A stretch of DNA of 64,000 nucleotides from Dehalococcoidia bacterium (GTDB lineage: Bacteria > Chloroflexota > Dehalococcoidia > Bin125), in assembly GCA_963663895.2 (NCBI GenBank), contig CAXXRD010000001.1, positions 448,001 to 512,000 on the forward strand, given 5' to 3'. The notes under the pieces are model-generated. The model was not told the origin of the DNA, did no database searches, and saw only the letters and a list, made by a program, of their open reading frames with translations. This document shows, in pieces, positions 1-9,816 of the stretch (its first letter is position 1; every line of letters starts with the position of its first letter). Both the position numbers and the translations under genes were made by a program.

Positions 1-2
1 AG

Positions 3-218
3 GAGTCAGGCTTCGAAGGCGACAACGGGATCTACCCCGGCGCCGGCGGCTCCCGCATCACCCAGCGCCCCAGCGACGCAGAGGATGACGGGGAGCGCGC
101 GGAGCAAGAAGACGAGGCGGCGAACGGCGGCGCAAGGGACGGCCGCGCGCCGGCGGAGGGCTCGGCCGATCCCGCATCCGGCGAAGCGGGCGGCGCAAGC
201 GGCGAAGGATCAGAGTGA
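3..218 (+). CDS. 3' end of an upstream gene (acidic, low-complexity C-terminal tail); product unknown
   Basis: Frame 3 is open from the window edge (ESGFEGDNGIYPG...GEGSE) to TGA 216-218, which overlaps the GTG of the sortase (GTGA coupling). Confidence 0.6.
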   Translation, partial: ESGFEGDNGIYPGAGGSRITQRPSDAEDDGERAEQEDEAANGGARDGRAPAEGSADPASGEAGGASGEGSE

Positions 219-1090
219 GCGACGCCCCATCCCGCGCCTCGCCTCCCAATCGAGACGTTGCCGCAGAGAAACGACGAGGAAGCCGGCTCGCATACGCCCT
301 AGCGGCGGCCGGCGCGGTCGCGATCTTCCTCGGCGCCTTCTTCGCCACGAATTCGCTCACCGGTGATTCGGAGCCGCCGGCAGGGAGCGCCGCGCCCGCG
401 CCGTACGCTGCCGTCACCGGTAGCGCCGAGGCGGAAACGCCGAGGGACGCCGCTCCCGCGCCTCCCGCCCCCGTGCAAGATTCTCCGGTCTTGCCGGAGA
501 TCGACCCGGCCGATCTCCGGCACGGCGGCGACGGGTCCGCCGGGGCGATCCTGGCCGGACCGGGCATCGTGCCGAGCGTGGGCAACCGCACGCCATACGA
601 GATCCTGATCCCGCGGGCCAAGGTGCGGGCGAGCGTGGTGGGGCTGGGGCTCGCGCCCAACGGGGCCATGGGCGCACCCGACAACCCCGACGTCGTGGGC
701 TGGTGGGCGGACGGCGTTCGGCCGGGCCAAGCGGGCAACCTGCTGCTCGACGGGCACGTGGACTACACGGACATCTACGGACAGAAGGGACCGGGGGTCG
801 CCTGGCTGGTTCGTGAGATCGCGGCGGGCGACGTGATCGTGATCCAGGATGCGGAGGCGCGCGCCGCCTACATCTACCGCGTCACGGAGTCGCTGGCGGT
901 GCCGGTCCACGATCCCACCGCGCTCCGCTTCCTGCACCCGACCGAGGCGGCGACGCTGACCTTCGTCACCTGCGAGGGGTCGTTCGACCGCGCCTCGCTC
1001 AGCTACGCGGACCGGCGCATCGTGCGGGCCGCGCTGGAGGCGACGGTCCCGCTCGGCGACGCGTCCCTGCCGCAGGCAGCGGACCTCTAG
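215..1090 (+). CDS. Class F sortase
   Basis: N-terminal TM anchor; VGWW...PG..GN.LLDGHVD, L.FVTCEG and downstream Arg give the His/Cys/Arg triad. Confidence 0.85.
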   Translation: MSDAPSRASPPNRDVAAEKRRGSRLAYALAAAGAVAIFLGAFFATNSLTGDSEPPAGSAAPAPYAAVTGSAEAETPRDAAPAPPAPVQDSPVLPEIDPADLRHGGDGSAGAILAGPGIVPSVGNRTPYEILIPRAKVRASVVGLGLAPNGAMGAPDNPDVVGWWADGVRPGQAGNLLLDGHVDYTDIYGQKGPGVAWLVREIAAGDVIVIQDAEARAAYIYRVTESLAVPVHDPTALRFLHPTEAATLTFVTCEGSFDRASLSYADRRIVRAALEATVPLGDASLPQAADL

Positions 1091-1133
1091 CGCACCGCCA
1101 GCTGACCCGGCGCCCGCCGCCATCCCGCGAGCG

Positions 1134-1376
1134 CTAGCCCTCGACGATGTCTCCCGCGAGCGGGTCGATGCGGACGCCGAGGCTCTCGACCCAATCGAGG
1201 CAGCGTTGCGTCTCCTCCGCCTCGCCCTCGACCTCCAGGATGACCCAGCCGAAGTCGTGCTCCACGTCGGCCATGCGGATGTTCGTCACCACCTGGAACG
1301 CATGCCCCATCTTGTAGATCACGGGCTCCTTGACCGCCTCGCCCTCGAACGTCAGCCGGACGCGCTTCGTAACCAT
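1134..1376 (-). CDS. Stand-alone NIL domain protein (80 aa)
   Basis: MVTKRVRLTF...EPVIY...VVTNIRMADV..DFGWVILEVEG; RBS GGAGGAG upstream; the 305-aa ORF-track start is an over-extension. Confidence 0.85.
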   Translation of the reverse strand: MVTKRVRLTFEGEAVKEPVIYKMGHAFQVVTNIRMADVEHDFGWVILEVEGEAEETQRCLDWVESLGVRIDPLAGDIVEG

Positions 1377-1402
1377 GGCGGCTCCTCCCGAACGCGCGCA
1401 GC

Positions 1403-2638
1403 CTAGCGGGCGCCGGCTGCGGCGTACGCATCCTCGAACGAACTGACGCTGGCAGCGACCGCGATCGGCGGCGCCAGCGCCCCCTCGACGGCCTCGACCG
1501 TCTTGAGGCCGCCGCCGGTGATGAAGGCCACCGTGGAGCGCTCGGGGTCCAGGAGCCCCTGGCCGAGCGCGTTGCGCAGCCCGGCGATCGTCACGCCGCC
1601 CGCGGTCTCGGCGAAGATCCCCTCGCACTCGGCGAGCAGGCCGATCGCCTCCACGATCTCCGCGTCCGTGGCGGTAACGCCGGCGCCGCCGCTCTGCTCC
1701 ATGGTCTTGAGCGCATAGAAGCCGTCGGCCGGGTTGCCGATGGCCAAGCTCTTGGCGATGGTGGCGGGCTTGACCGGCCGGATGTTGGTGGTGCCGGCGG
1801 CCCAGGCGGTCGAGATGGGCGCGCAGCCGGCCGCTTGCGCGCCGATCATCTTGACCGGCGTCTCCTCGATCAGCCCCAGCTGGGCCAGATCGCTGATGCC
1901 CTTGTGGATCTTGACGAAGAGGGCGCCGCTGGCCATCGGCACCAGGCACTGCTCGGGCGCCCGCCAGCCCAGCTGCTCCACGACCTCGAAGCCGAGGGTG
2001 CGGCTGCCCTCGGCGTAGTAGGGCCGCACGTTGATGTTGACGAAGGCCCACCAGCGGTTGTCCGCCAGCTCGGAGCAGAGGCGGTTGACGTCGTCGTAGG
2101 AGCCGTCGACCGCGATGATCGTGGGGCGGTAGACGGCCGAGCCCACGATCTTGCCGACCTCCAGGTCGTGGGGGATGAAGACGACGGCGCGCAGGCCGGC
2201 GCGGGCCGCGTGGGCGGCCACGGAGTTGGCCAAGTTGCCGGTGGAGGCGCAGGCCAGGGTGTCGAACTCGAACTGGCGGGCGCGGCTGCTGGCGACGGCG
2301 ACCACGCGATCCTTGAAGGACCAGGTGGGGTTATGGGTGTCGTTCTTGATCCACAGCTCGCGCATCCCCAGCCGGCAGGCGAGGTTGTCCGCCCGCACGA
2401 GCGGCGTGAAGCCGACGCCCAGGTCGACGACGAACTCGCCGTCGACCGGCAGCAGGTCGATGTAGCGCCAGATCGACTTGGGGCCGCCCTCGATCCGCTC
2501 GCGGGTCACCCGTCCGCGCAGGGCGGCGTAGTCGTAGGTGACCTCCATGGGGCCGAAACAGAAGTCGCAGGCGTTGACGGGGGCGAGCTCGGTTTCTTTC
2601 CCGCACTCGCGGCACAGCAGGGACGTGGCGAAGGACAT
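1403..2638 (-). CDS. thrC: Threonine synthase (PLP fold II, N-terminal zinc ribbon)
   Basis: CRECG...CDFCFGP ribbon; [12 protein letters not shown] lysine; ASTGNLA; [10 protein letters not shown]; TGGGLKT. Confidence 0.9.
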   Translation of the reverse strand: MSFATSLLCRECGKETELAPVNACDFCFGPMEVTYDYAALRGRVTRERIEGGPKSIWRYIDLLPVDGEFVVDLGVGFTPLVRADNLACRLGMRELWIKNDTHNPTWSFKDRVVAVASSRARQFEFDTLACASTGNLANSVAAHAARAGLRAVVFIPHDLEVGKIVGSAVYRPTIIAVDGSYDDVNRLCSELADNRWWAFVNINVRPYYAEGSRTLGFEVVEQLGWRAPEQCLVPMASGALFVKIHKGISDLAQLGLIEETPVKMIGAQAAGCAPISTAWAAGTTNIRPVKPATIAKSLAIGNPADGFYALKTMEQSGGAGVTATDAEIVEAIGLLAECEGIFAETAGGVTIAGLRNALGQGLLDPERSTVAFITGGGLKTVEAVEGALAPPIAVAASVSSFEDAYAAAGAR

Positions 2639-2702
2639 CGGCGGACTCTCTCTGGCAAAGGGGTGGCGGGCGGCCGGGTGGCGGCCGGGAGGAAAGGGCC
2701 CT

Positions 2703-2756
2703 TCAGACGAGGGCCCGGCGCATCGCCATGCCGAGGGTCTCGTTGCGCGTACGCAT
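2703..2756 (-). CDS. Candidate 17-aa leader peptide [17 protein letters not shown]
   Basis: ATG 10 nt after the predicted -10; the TGA lies in the loop of a GGGCCCT/AGGGCCC hairpin followed by TTTCC. Confidence 0.45.
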   Translation of the reverse strand: MRTRNETLGMAMRRALV

Positions 2757-2766
2757 CTCGCGGAAA

Positions 2767-2795
2767 AGCGTCCCACGGGGCCGGGGTCCTGTCAA
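2767..2795 (-). promoter_or_regulatory. Sigma70-type promoter for the leader-thrC-NIL unit
   Basis: TTGACA (2795-2790), 17-bp spacer, GACGCT (2772-2767) on the minus strand. Confidence 0.55.
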
Positions 2796-2895
2796 TCGAG
2801 GGAGTCGCTCGCGTGCCGCCGCTAACCTATCGGCCGGCAACCCGGTACGGTATCGGGACGGCCGGCAGCGGACTCCGGCGCGGGAGCGCGGCACG

Positions 2896-4521
<1,626 letters not shown>

Positions 4522-4538
4522 GCGAAAGGAACGAGGCG

Positions 4539-4961
4539 ATGCCGCTCGAACTGACTAACCTGCGGAACTCCCTCCAGTCGCTTACCGACCTGCTGGCCGT
4601 CGCCGAGAACGATGAGCGCATGGAACGCTTGAGCGAGATTGAGCGGAACGGCATTCGCGCCGGCGTCATCCAGAACTTCGAGACTACCTACGAAATCGCC
4701 TGGAAGTTGATCCGGCGCTGGCTGAACACCCACGTTGGCCCCGGCATCGCGGATGGCGTCACGAGGCGTGATCTGTTTCGCCTCGCCGCCGAGAACCGCC
4801 TCATCCTTGATGTCGATCTATGGATGGACCACCACAACGCACGCAACGCCACCTCCCATATCTACGACCAGGAGGAGGCCGAGCAGGTCTACAAGGCGAC
4901 GCTCAATTTCGCGCACGATGCGCAGCGACTGCTGGAGACATTAGAAGCGCGCAATGATTGA
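4539..4961 (+). CDS. HEPN-domain protein (HI0074 nucleotidyltransferase substrate-binding family; HepT-like putative RNase toxin)
   Basis: [15 protein letters not shown]; RNATSHIY = RX4HXY; own RBS AAAGGA; stop overlaps the next start. Confidence 0.88.
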   Translation: MPLELTNLRNSLQSLTDLLAVAENDERMERLSEIERNGIRAGVIQNFETTYEIAWKLIRRWLNTHVGPGIADGVTRRDLFRLAAENRLILDVDLWMDHHNARNATSHIYDQEEAEQVYKATLNFAHDAQRLLETLEARND

Positions 4962-6546
4962 CCTCGCCCCGCGCCACTTGGAAACGGTCAAGGGCATCCT
5001 GGCGGCGCACGTGCCGGGATGCGAGGTGCGGGCCTTTGGCTCCCGCGCGAGTTGGACCGCCAAGGACTATTCCGACCTGGACCTGGCGATCGTCGGTGAA
5101 GAGCCGCTGGACCGGGAAACCCTCAGCCAGTTGCAGGAAGCCTTCGAGGAGTCCGACCTGCCCATGCGGGTAGACGTGCTCGACTGGCACGCCATCTCCG
5201 AAGGCTTTCGGAAGTCGATCACATCGGACTGCGTGGTGGTGCAGGAACCAGCGTCGAGCGTCAACTGGCGCGACGTGATGTTGGGCGATTACGCCAACCT
5301 GACGAAGGGCCTCTCCTACAAGAGTGTGTACTTGAACCAAGACGGTCCCGAACTCTTGGGGCTCGGCCAGTTCGTCCCTGGCGGTGGGGCGAAGCTCGAT
5401 GGCGGGCGGACGTACTCCGGCGAGTATCGAGATAAGGACGTGGCTCGGCCGGGCGATGTCTTGATTGCTATGACCGATCTCACTCAGCGGGGCGACGTTC
5501 TCGGCAGTCCGCTGATAGTGCCTCGGTCGGTTGGCGAATTCTGCCTGTTTACGCTCGATGCTGGAAAGATCGAGCCTTCCGACGGCCTCGATCCCCAGTT
5601 TCTCTACTACGCGCTGCGGAACAAGGACTTCCGGGGATTCGCGGCGGCCCATGCGACCGGGACCACGATTCGGCGGGTCTGGCCCGCCGACGTGCTGTCG
5701 TACGAGTTCCCCCTCCCGCCTCTCGAAGAACAGCGGGCCATCGCCCACGTCCTGGGGACGCTGGACGACAAGATCGAACTGAACCGGCGCATGAACGCAA
5801 CGCTGGAGACGATGGCGCGGGCCGTCTTCAAGGACTGGTTCGTGGACTTCGGCCCGGTCCGCGCCAAGCTGGAGGGACGCGAGCCCTACCTGCCGCCGGA
5901 GGTGTGGTCGCTTTTCCCGGACCGGCTGGTGGATTCGGATCTGGGGGAGATCCCGGAGGGGTGGGAGGTGAAGGCACTCGGAACGTTCGGAGAAATCATA
6001 ACCGGCAAGACCCCAAGCACCAAACGACCAGAGTACTACGGAGAAGATATTCCTTTTCTGCGTATCCCAGATATGCATCGCAAGATGTATGCACTCAAGA
6101 CCGAATTAATGCTTTCAGATCGAGGGGCTGAGTCACAACCCAAAAAGACACTGCCCCCCGGTAGCGTATCAGTAAGCTGTATAGCGACGCCGGGCTTGGT
6201 AGTGCTGAATCATCGTAATACGCAGACTAACCAGCAAATAAACAGCATCGTTCCCTACGACCAATCAGTAAGTAGGTACCTCTATTGGATATGCTGCTAT
6301 TTGTCATCTGATATTGCCACAGGGGGATCGGGCGGTTCGGTGTTCGGAAATATGAACAAGTCAACTTTTAGTGCTCTGCACGCTATTCATCCTGAACGGA
6401 TCGTACTACGTACATTTGATGCCTTAGTATCACCGATTCACACAGCTATACTGGCGAACGAGGAGCAGGTTCATACTCTTGCGGCTCATCGGTCCGCACT
6501 GCTGCCTAAGCTGGTGTCGGGAGAGATGCGAGTTAGGGGTTTCTGA
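4954..6546 (+). CDS. hsdS: Fusion of minimal nucleotidyltransferase (MNT, about aa 1-98) and type I specificity subunit HsdS (two TRDs)
   Basis: [17 protein letters not shown] (GSX10DXD) and VDVLDW; then [27 protein letters not shown] and C-terminal LLPKLVSGE; one uninterrupted frame. Confidence 0.9.
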   Translation: MIDLAPRHLETVKGILAAHVPGCEVRAFGSRASWTAKDYSDLDLAIVGEEPLDRETLSQLQEAFEESDLPMRVDVLDWHAISEGFRKSITSDCVVVQEPASSVNWRDVMLGDYANLTKGLSYKSVYLNQDGPELLGLGQFVPGGGAKLDGGRTYSGEYRDKDVARPGDVLIAMTDLTQRGDVLGSPLIVPRSVGEFCLFTLDAGKIEPSDGLDPQFLYYALRNKDFRGFAAAHATGTTIRRVWPADVLSYEFPLPPLEEQRAIAHVLGTLDDKIELNRRMNATLETMARAVFKDWFVDFGPVRAKLEGREPYLPPEVWSLFPDRLVDSDLGEIPEGWEVKALGTFGEIITGKTPSTKRPEYYGEDIPFLRIPDMHRKMYALKTELMLSDRGAESQPKKTLPPGSVSVSCIATPGLVVLNHRNTQTNQQINSIVPYDQSVSRYLYWICCYLSSDIATGGSGGSVFGNMNKSTFSALHAIHPERIVLRTFDALVSPIHTAILANEEQVHTLAAHRSALLPKLVSGEMRVRGF

Positions 6547-7560
6547 GTGGTAGAGATCACCGTACGCGTACCAGCGATCGAGAAGCTCCTGGACTACTCA
6601 GCGAGCGGCATCGGGAGTATCGCTGGCCCGATGCTTGCGACTTGGCGGGCTAGTAGGGAAGCCGGAGCCAAGAGAATCACTGCAGTAGGCGACGCGGACG
6701 TGCTTGCCATCCTCGCCGGTGGGCAGGCAAGAGCGCTGTCCACCATTGCGGAGGCGCAAGAGAGCGCCCGGAAACATTGGAATGCACCTGATATCGCAGT
6801 CGAGGGCAAGCTCACAATCACTAATGCGGTTGAGCAGCACATGCGCTTTCAGCAAGAGAGGCAGCTGGGGAATATTTCGAATACAGTCGGGCAGGCGGCT
6901 GCGATCCTGACAGATGTCGAAGTCGAGGATCACGAGCCGGATCACGACTGGGCAGCGAGCTTTTTCAATTACGTGCAAGATGTCTCGTCAGAAGAAATGC
7001 AAATCCTCTGGGCAAGGGTGCTCGCCGGAGAGGTGAAGAGGCCGGGCAGCACGTCCATCAAAACCCTTGGCCTATTGCGAGACCTTGATCAAGGCACAGC
7101 CAAATTGTTTCGCAATTTATGTTCCATAGCCATTTTCTATAACGGGCTTCACTATCTGGAAGGCCGGGTGCTCAACTTAGGCCGTCGGGCCAACTGGAAT
7201 GATCTTTCGGAGTATGGGCTACCCTTTGACAGTCTTAATATATTGAATGAGTATGCGCTCATCACCCCTCATTACGATTCGTATCCAGATTACCTCGAAG
7301 GAGCGCCGACTCGCAGTGGTAACGATCTATTCCATGAAATATCAATATACTACCAAGGCCAGCCTTGGATTTTGCAGCACTCATCTCAAGATCCCAGAAA
7401 GGAATTCCCAATGAGTGCAGTGGCAGAACTATTGGCGGGTGTTCTTCTTACGCGATCAGGGGTTGAACTATCTTCCGTGGTCACTATTGAGGAAGCGGCT
7501 GAGTACAACGCTGCGCTGATGGATTTTCTCGATTCAGAACATCTGCAAATGATTAAATGA
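6547..7560 (+). CDS. DUF2806-like protein
   Basis: DW...FF....DVSSEEMQ.LWARVLAGEV..PGS.S..TL signature; starts immediately after the hsdS stop; lower GC. Confidence 0.75.
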   Translation: MVEITVRVPAIEKLLDYSASGIGSIAGPMLATWRASREAGAKRITAVGDADVLAILAGGQARALSTIAEAQESARKHWNAPDIAVEGKLTITNAVEQHMRFQQERQLGNISNTVGQAAAILTDVEVEDHEPDHDWAASFFNYVQDVSSEEMQILWARVLAGEVKRPGSTSIKTLGLLRDLDQGTAKLFRNLCSIAIFYNGLHYLEGRVLNLGRRANWNDLSEYGLPFDSLNILNEYALITPHYDSYPDYLEGAPTRSGNDLFHEISIYYQGQPWILQHSSQDPRKEFPMSAVAELLAGVLLTRSGVELSSVVTIEEAAEYNAALMDFLDSEHLQMIK

Positions 7561-7670
7561 TCGTCATAAGGGTGATTCGGTACCGTCTGCTGTAGCCACT
7601 GCGCAAGGCTGAGGCAACGCCGAGTCCATTGCCTAAGCCATTGCTGAGAATCGGCCAATGAGGTGAATCC

Positions 7671-8057
7671 GTGAAGAAGTGTTGTAAGAACTGCCATTTT
7701 TTGGCGAAACATCACCGAGCTCATGATGGTCAAGTATTCAAGAGCTCATGGAGCGTCGAGGAGCGCTCAGAATTTAGAATAGAAGACCATTACGCTGCGG
7801 AATGCTACAAGGGTGTGTGGAGTACCGGTGTGGACCCCGGCTTGAACTCGCGGCTTGCAGAGATACTATCAAAAGATAGATCGGATGAATGCTTCTTCAT
7901 CGAGACCCGTGATGGAATGCTATTCAAAACGGCTGAGGAGATCTTCAAGATAAGATGCGATAATCGTCAATTACGAACCAGATATCGCTACACTCAAATC
8001 GCTCTCGGAGTCGCTGCTGTTGGTATAGTCGCGAACTTCATATATCAGGTGCTGTAG
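7671..8057 (+). CDS. Hypothetical protein, N-terminal CCxxC and C-terminal TM helix
   Basis: RBS GAGGTG; KCCKNCHF; C-terminal IALGVAAVGIVANFIY. Confidence 0.6.
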   Translation: MKKCCKNCHFLAKHHRAHDGQVFKSSWSVEERSEFRIEDHYAAECYKGVWSTGVDPGLNSRLAEILSKDRSDECFFIETRDGMLFKTAEEIFKIRCDNRQLRTRYRYTQIALGVAAVGIVANFIYQVL

Positions 8058-8070
8058 ATAGTAAAGCGCC

Positions 8071-8210
8071 ATGACTGCTCTCACCGAAGCCGAAATCGAA
8101 GGGGCTGGCCTGGCTGCGGGGCCTGGGTCGGCGGACCGTCCACGGCCCTTCCGCTCGCGCCGGGCGTGTCGGGCGCGAGCGGAAGGGCTACGAGCCGTGG
8201 TCCTGGTGCA
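8071..8210 (+). pseudogene. Decayed hsdR 5'-end copy 1 (frameshifted, internally inverted)
   Basis: ATG ACT GCT CTC ACC GAA GCC GAA ATC GAA...ctggcctggctgcggggcctggg...gtccacggc matches the hsdR start; trailing gagcggaagggctacga..gtggtcctgg matches ERDGYD.VVL. Confidence 0.8.
8145..8188. repeat. Perfect 17-bp inverted repeat (hairpin, possible terminator)
   Basis: gcccttccgctcgcgcc (8145-8161) / ggcgcgagcggaagggc (8172-8188), 10-nt loop. Confidence 0.85.
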
Positions 8211-8216
8211 GAAGCC

Positions 8217-8246
8217 TTGAATACAGAACATGCGTTCTTTTACGAT
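8217..8246 (+). promoter_or_regulatory. Promoter with a LexA-type SOS box in its spacer
   Basis: TTGAAT (8217-8222), 18 bp, TACGAT (8241-8246); AGAAC-ATGC-GTTCT at 8225-8238. Confidence 0.65.
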
Positions 8247-8369
8247 AGCAGGACAGAAGACAAAAGTTCGTACTCTCGCCACTGCATGTGAAACACTGCT
8301 GCCGCACAGCCGGCGTCAAGGAGGTGCGCGGACCGCAGAGCGCAAGTTAGACAGCGCGGGGCACGGCGT

Positions 8370-9062
8370 ATGACGACGACTCTGATAGACCCCTTGGCAT
8401 CCCCCGTCTTTGAGGGCGTCTACGACGTGCCAGAAGTCGCCCGCTATCTCAAAGCCGCGATCAACGGCGAACGGGCCTACCCGGTCAGTTCGGCCAAGCT
8501 GATCCGGTGGATTCGCCGCGGCGTCGCGTCGCCCGATCTCGCCGACGCCCACGGCCAGGACCTGCTGATCGCGTTCGAGGATGTCGTATCGATGCGGGTG
8601 ATCGCCGCCTTGCGCGCGGTAGGCGTCAAGTGGTCGGAGATCGACCGAACGGAGCGGTGGCTACGACAGGAGACGGGAGCCGAGCGCCCCTTCGCCACCG
8701 AGTCCCTTTGGGCCGGACAGGGACAGCTCTTCGTCGACTGGAAGCAGCGCCTGCTGTCGGCCAGCCGCCACGGTCAGCTGGCGCTCGGCTTGCTCCAGGA
8801 CTACCTCATCCCAATACACGGCCTCATGTTCAGCGAAACCACGCATATGGCGACCTCCTGGGAGCCGTTGGACCACGTTCTGCTAAAGCCGACGGTGCAG
8901 TTTGGGGCGCCCTGTATCAAGGGGACGCGCATACCGACGCGGACGATCGCGGGGATGATCGACGCCGGCGACCCCGTGGAGTGGGTGGCTGGCGTATATA
9001 AACTCTCGCCGGCCGAGGTGAAGGCAGCCCGTGACTGGGAATCCGCTCTCCGAGCCGCCTAA
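8370..9062 (+). CDS. HTH + DUF433 protein (VapB45-like antitoxin)
   Basis: Y.V.EVARYL HTH start; C-terminal P.VQFGAPCIKGTRIPT...VAGVY.L...EV.AA (DUF433). Confidence 0.82.
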   Translation: MTTTLIDPLASPVFEGVYDVPEVARYLKAAINGERAYPVSSAKLIRWIRRGVASPDLADAHGQDLLIAFEDVVSMRVIAALRAVGVKWSEIDRTERWLRQETGAERPFATESLWAGQGQLFVDWKQRLLSASRHGQLALGLLQDYLIPIHGLMFSETTHMATSWEPLDHVLLKPTVQFGAPCIKGTRIPTRTIAGMIDAGDPVEWVAGVYKLSPAEVKAARDWESALRAA

Positions 9063-9459
9063 CCGACGGTTTCTGCTCGACGAATCGCTGGCGCCATCCG
9101 TTGCTCAGGCCCTGAAACTCGTCGGCTACGATTTCGTCGGCATTGAGGCCGTTCCCAGTGGCAAGGGCGCCCAAGATCCCGAGATCATCGATTGGTGCCG
9201 TGCGAACGGCGCGGTATGGGTCCACGCCGATGACCGAGCCAAAAGGCAGCACAAAGTTCAATTGCAAACGAGCGGAATCCGGACGTTGCGCATCCATCGT
9301 CCGCAAGGCCGCATGACGGCAAAAGAACAGCTTCGGATTCTCGCCTTCGTGCTGCCGCTGTTTCTCGAAAGGATCACCGAATCCCCAAGAGTGCGGAACT
9401 ATCGGGCAAGCGCCGCCAACCCAAGCGCGAAGCCTTCCCTGAGGGAAGAGAAGATATGA
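9031..9459 (+). CDS. PIN-like toxin (VapC45/DUF5615-like)
   Basis: FLLDESL, D.EII.WC, VWVHAD acidic PIN motifs; overlaps the DUF433 gene. Confidence 0.75.
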   Translation: MTGNPLSEPPNRRFLLDESLAPSVAQALKLVGYDFVGIEAVPSGKGAQDPEIIDWCRANGAVWVHADDRAKRQHKVQLQTSGIRTLRIHRPQGRMTAKEQLRILAFVLPLFLERITESPRVRNYRASAANPSAKPSLREEKI

Positions 9460-9475
9460 TCCTCAGCAGGACGCC

Positions 9476-9667
9476 GTGACCAGTTTCACCGAGTCCGAAG
9501 TCGAAGAGGCCGCCCTGGCCTGGCTGCGGGGCCTGGGCTGGCGGGCCGTCCACGGCCCGGCGATCGCGCCCGACAGCCCCGGCGCGGAGCGGGACGGCTA
9601 CGACGAGGTCGTGCTGGCGCGGCGGCTGCGCGACGCCCTGGCCGCGCTGAACCCCGACCTGCCCGCC
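9476..9667 (+). pseudogene. hsdR 5'-end copy 2 (near-identical to the hsdR start)
   Basis: [64 protein letters not shown] versus HsdR aa ~10-66; the DNA is near-identical to 12202-12369, then diverges abruptly. Confidence 0.9.
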
Positions 9668-9816
9668 AGCGCCCAGCGACAGCGCCCCGACTCCAGAGCG
9701 TTTATCCTGGATAGCGGAGGCGAGAAGACCCATAACGTACCCCTCGATCCGCTGTGAAACACCAGCGCCTGGGAGGTACGGATAGAACATATGGAGATGC
9801 TTGCGGGGAGGGCCGC

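Noticed and set aside
2640-2800. SAM or T-box riboswitch upstream of thrC
   Set aside because: No recognisable SAM-I/IV or T-box consensus; the leader ORF plus hairpin fits better, though an Rfam scan is needed
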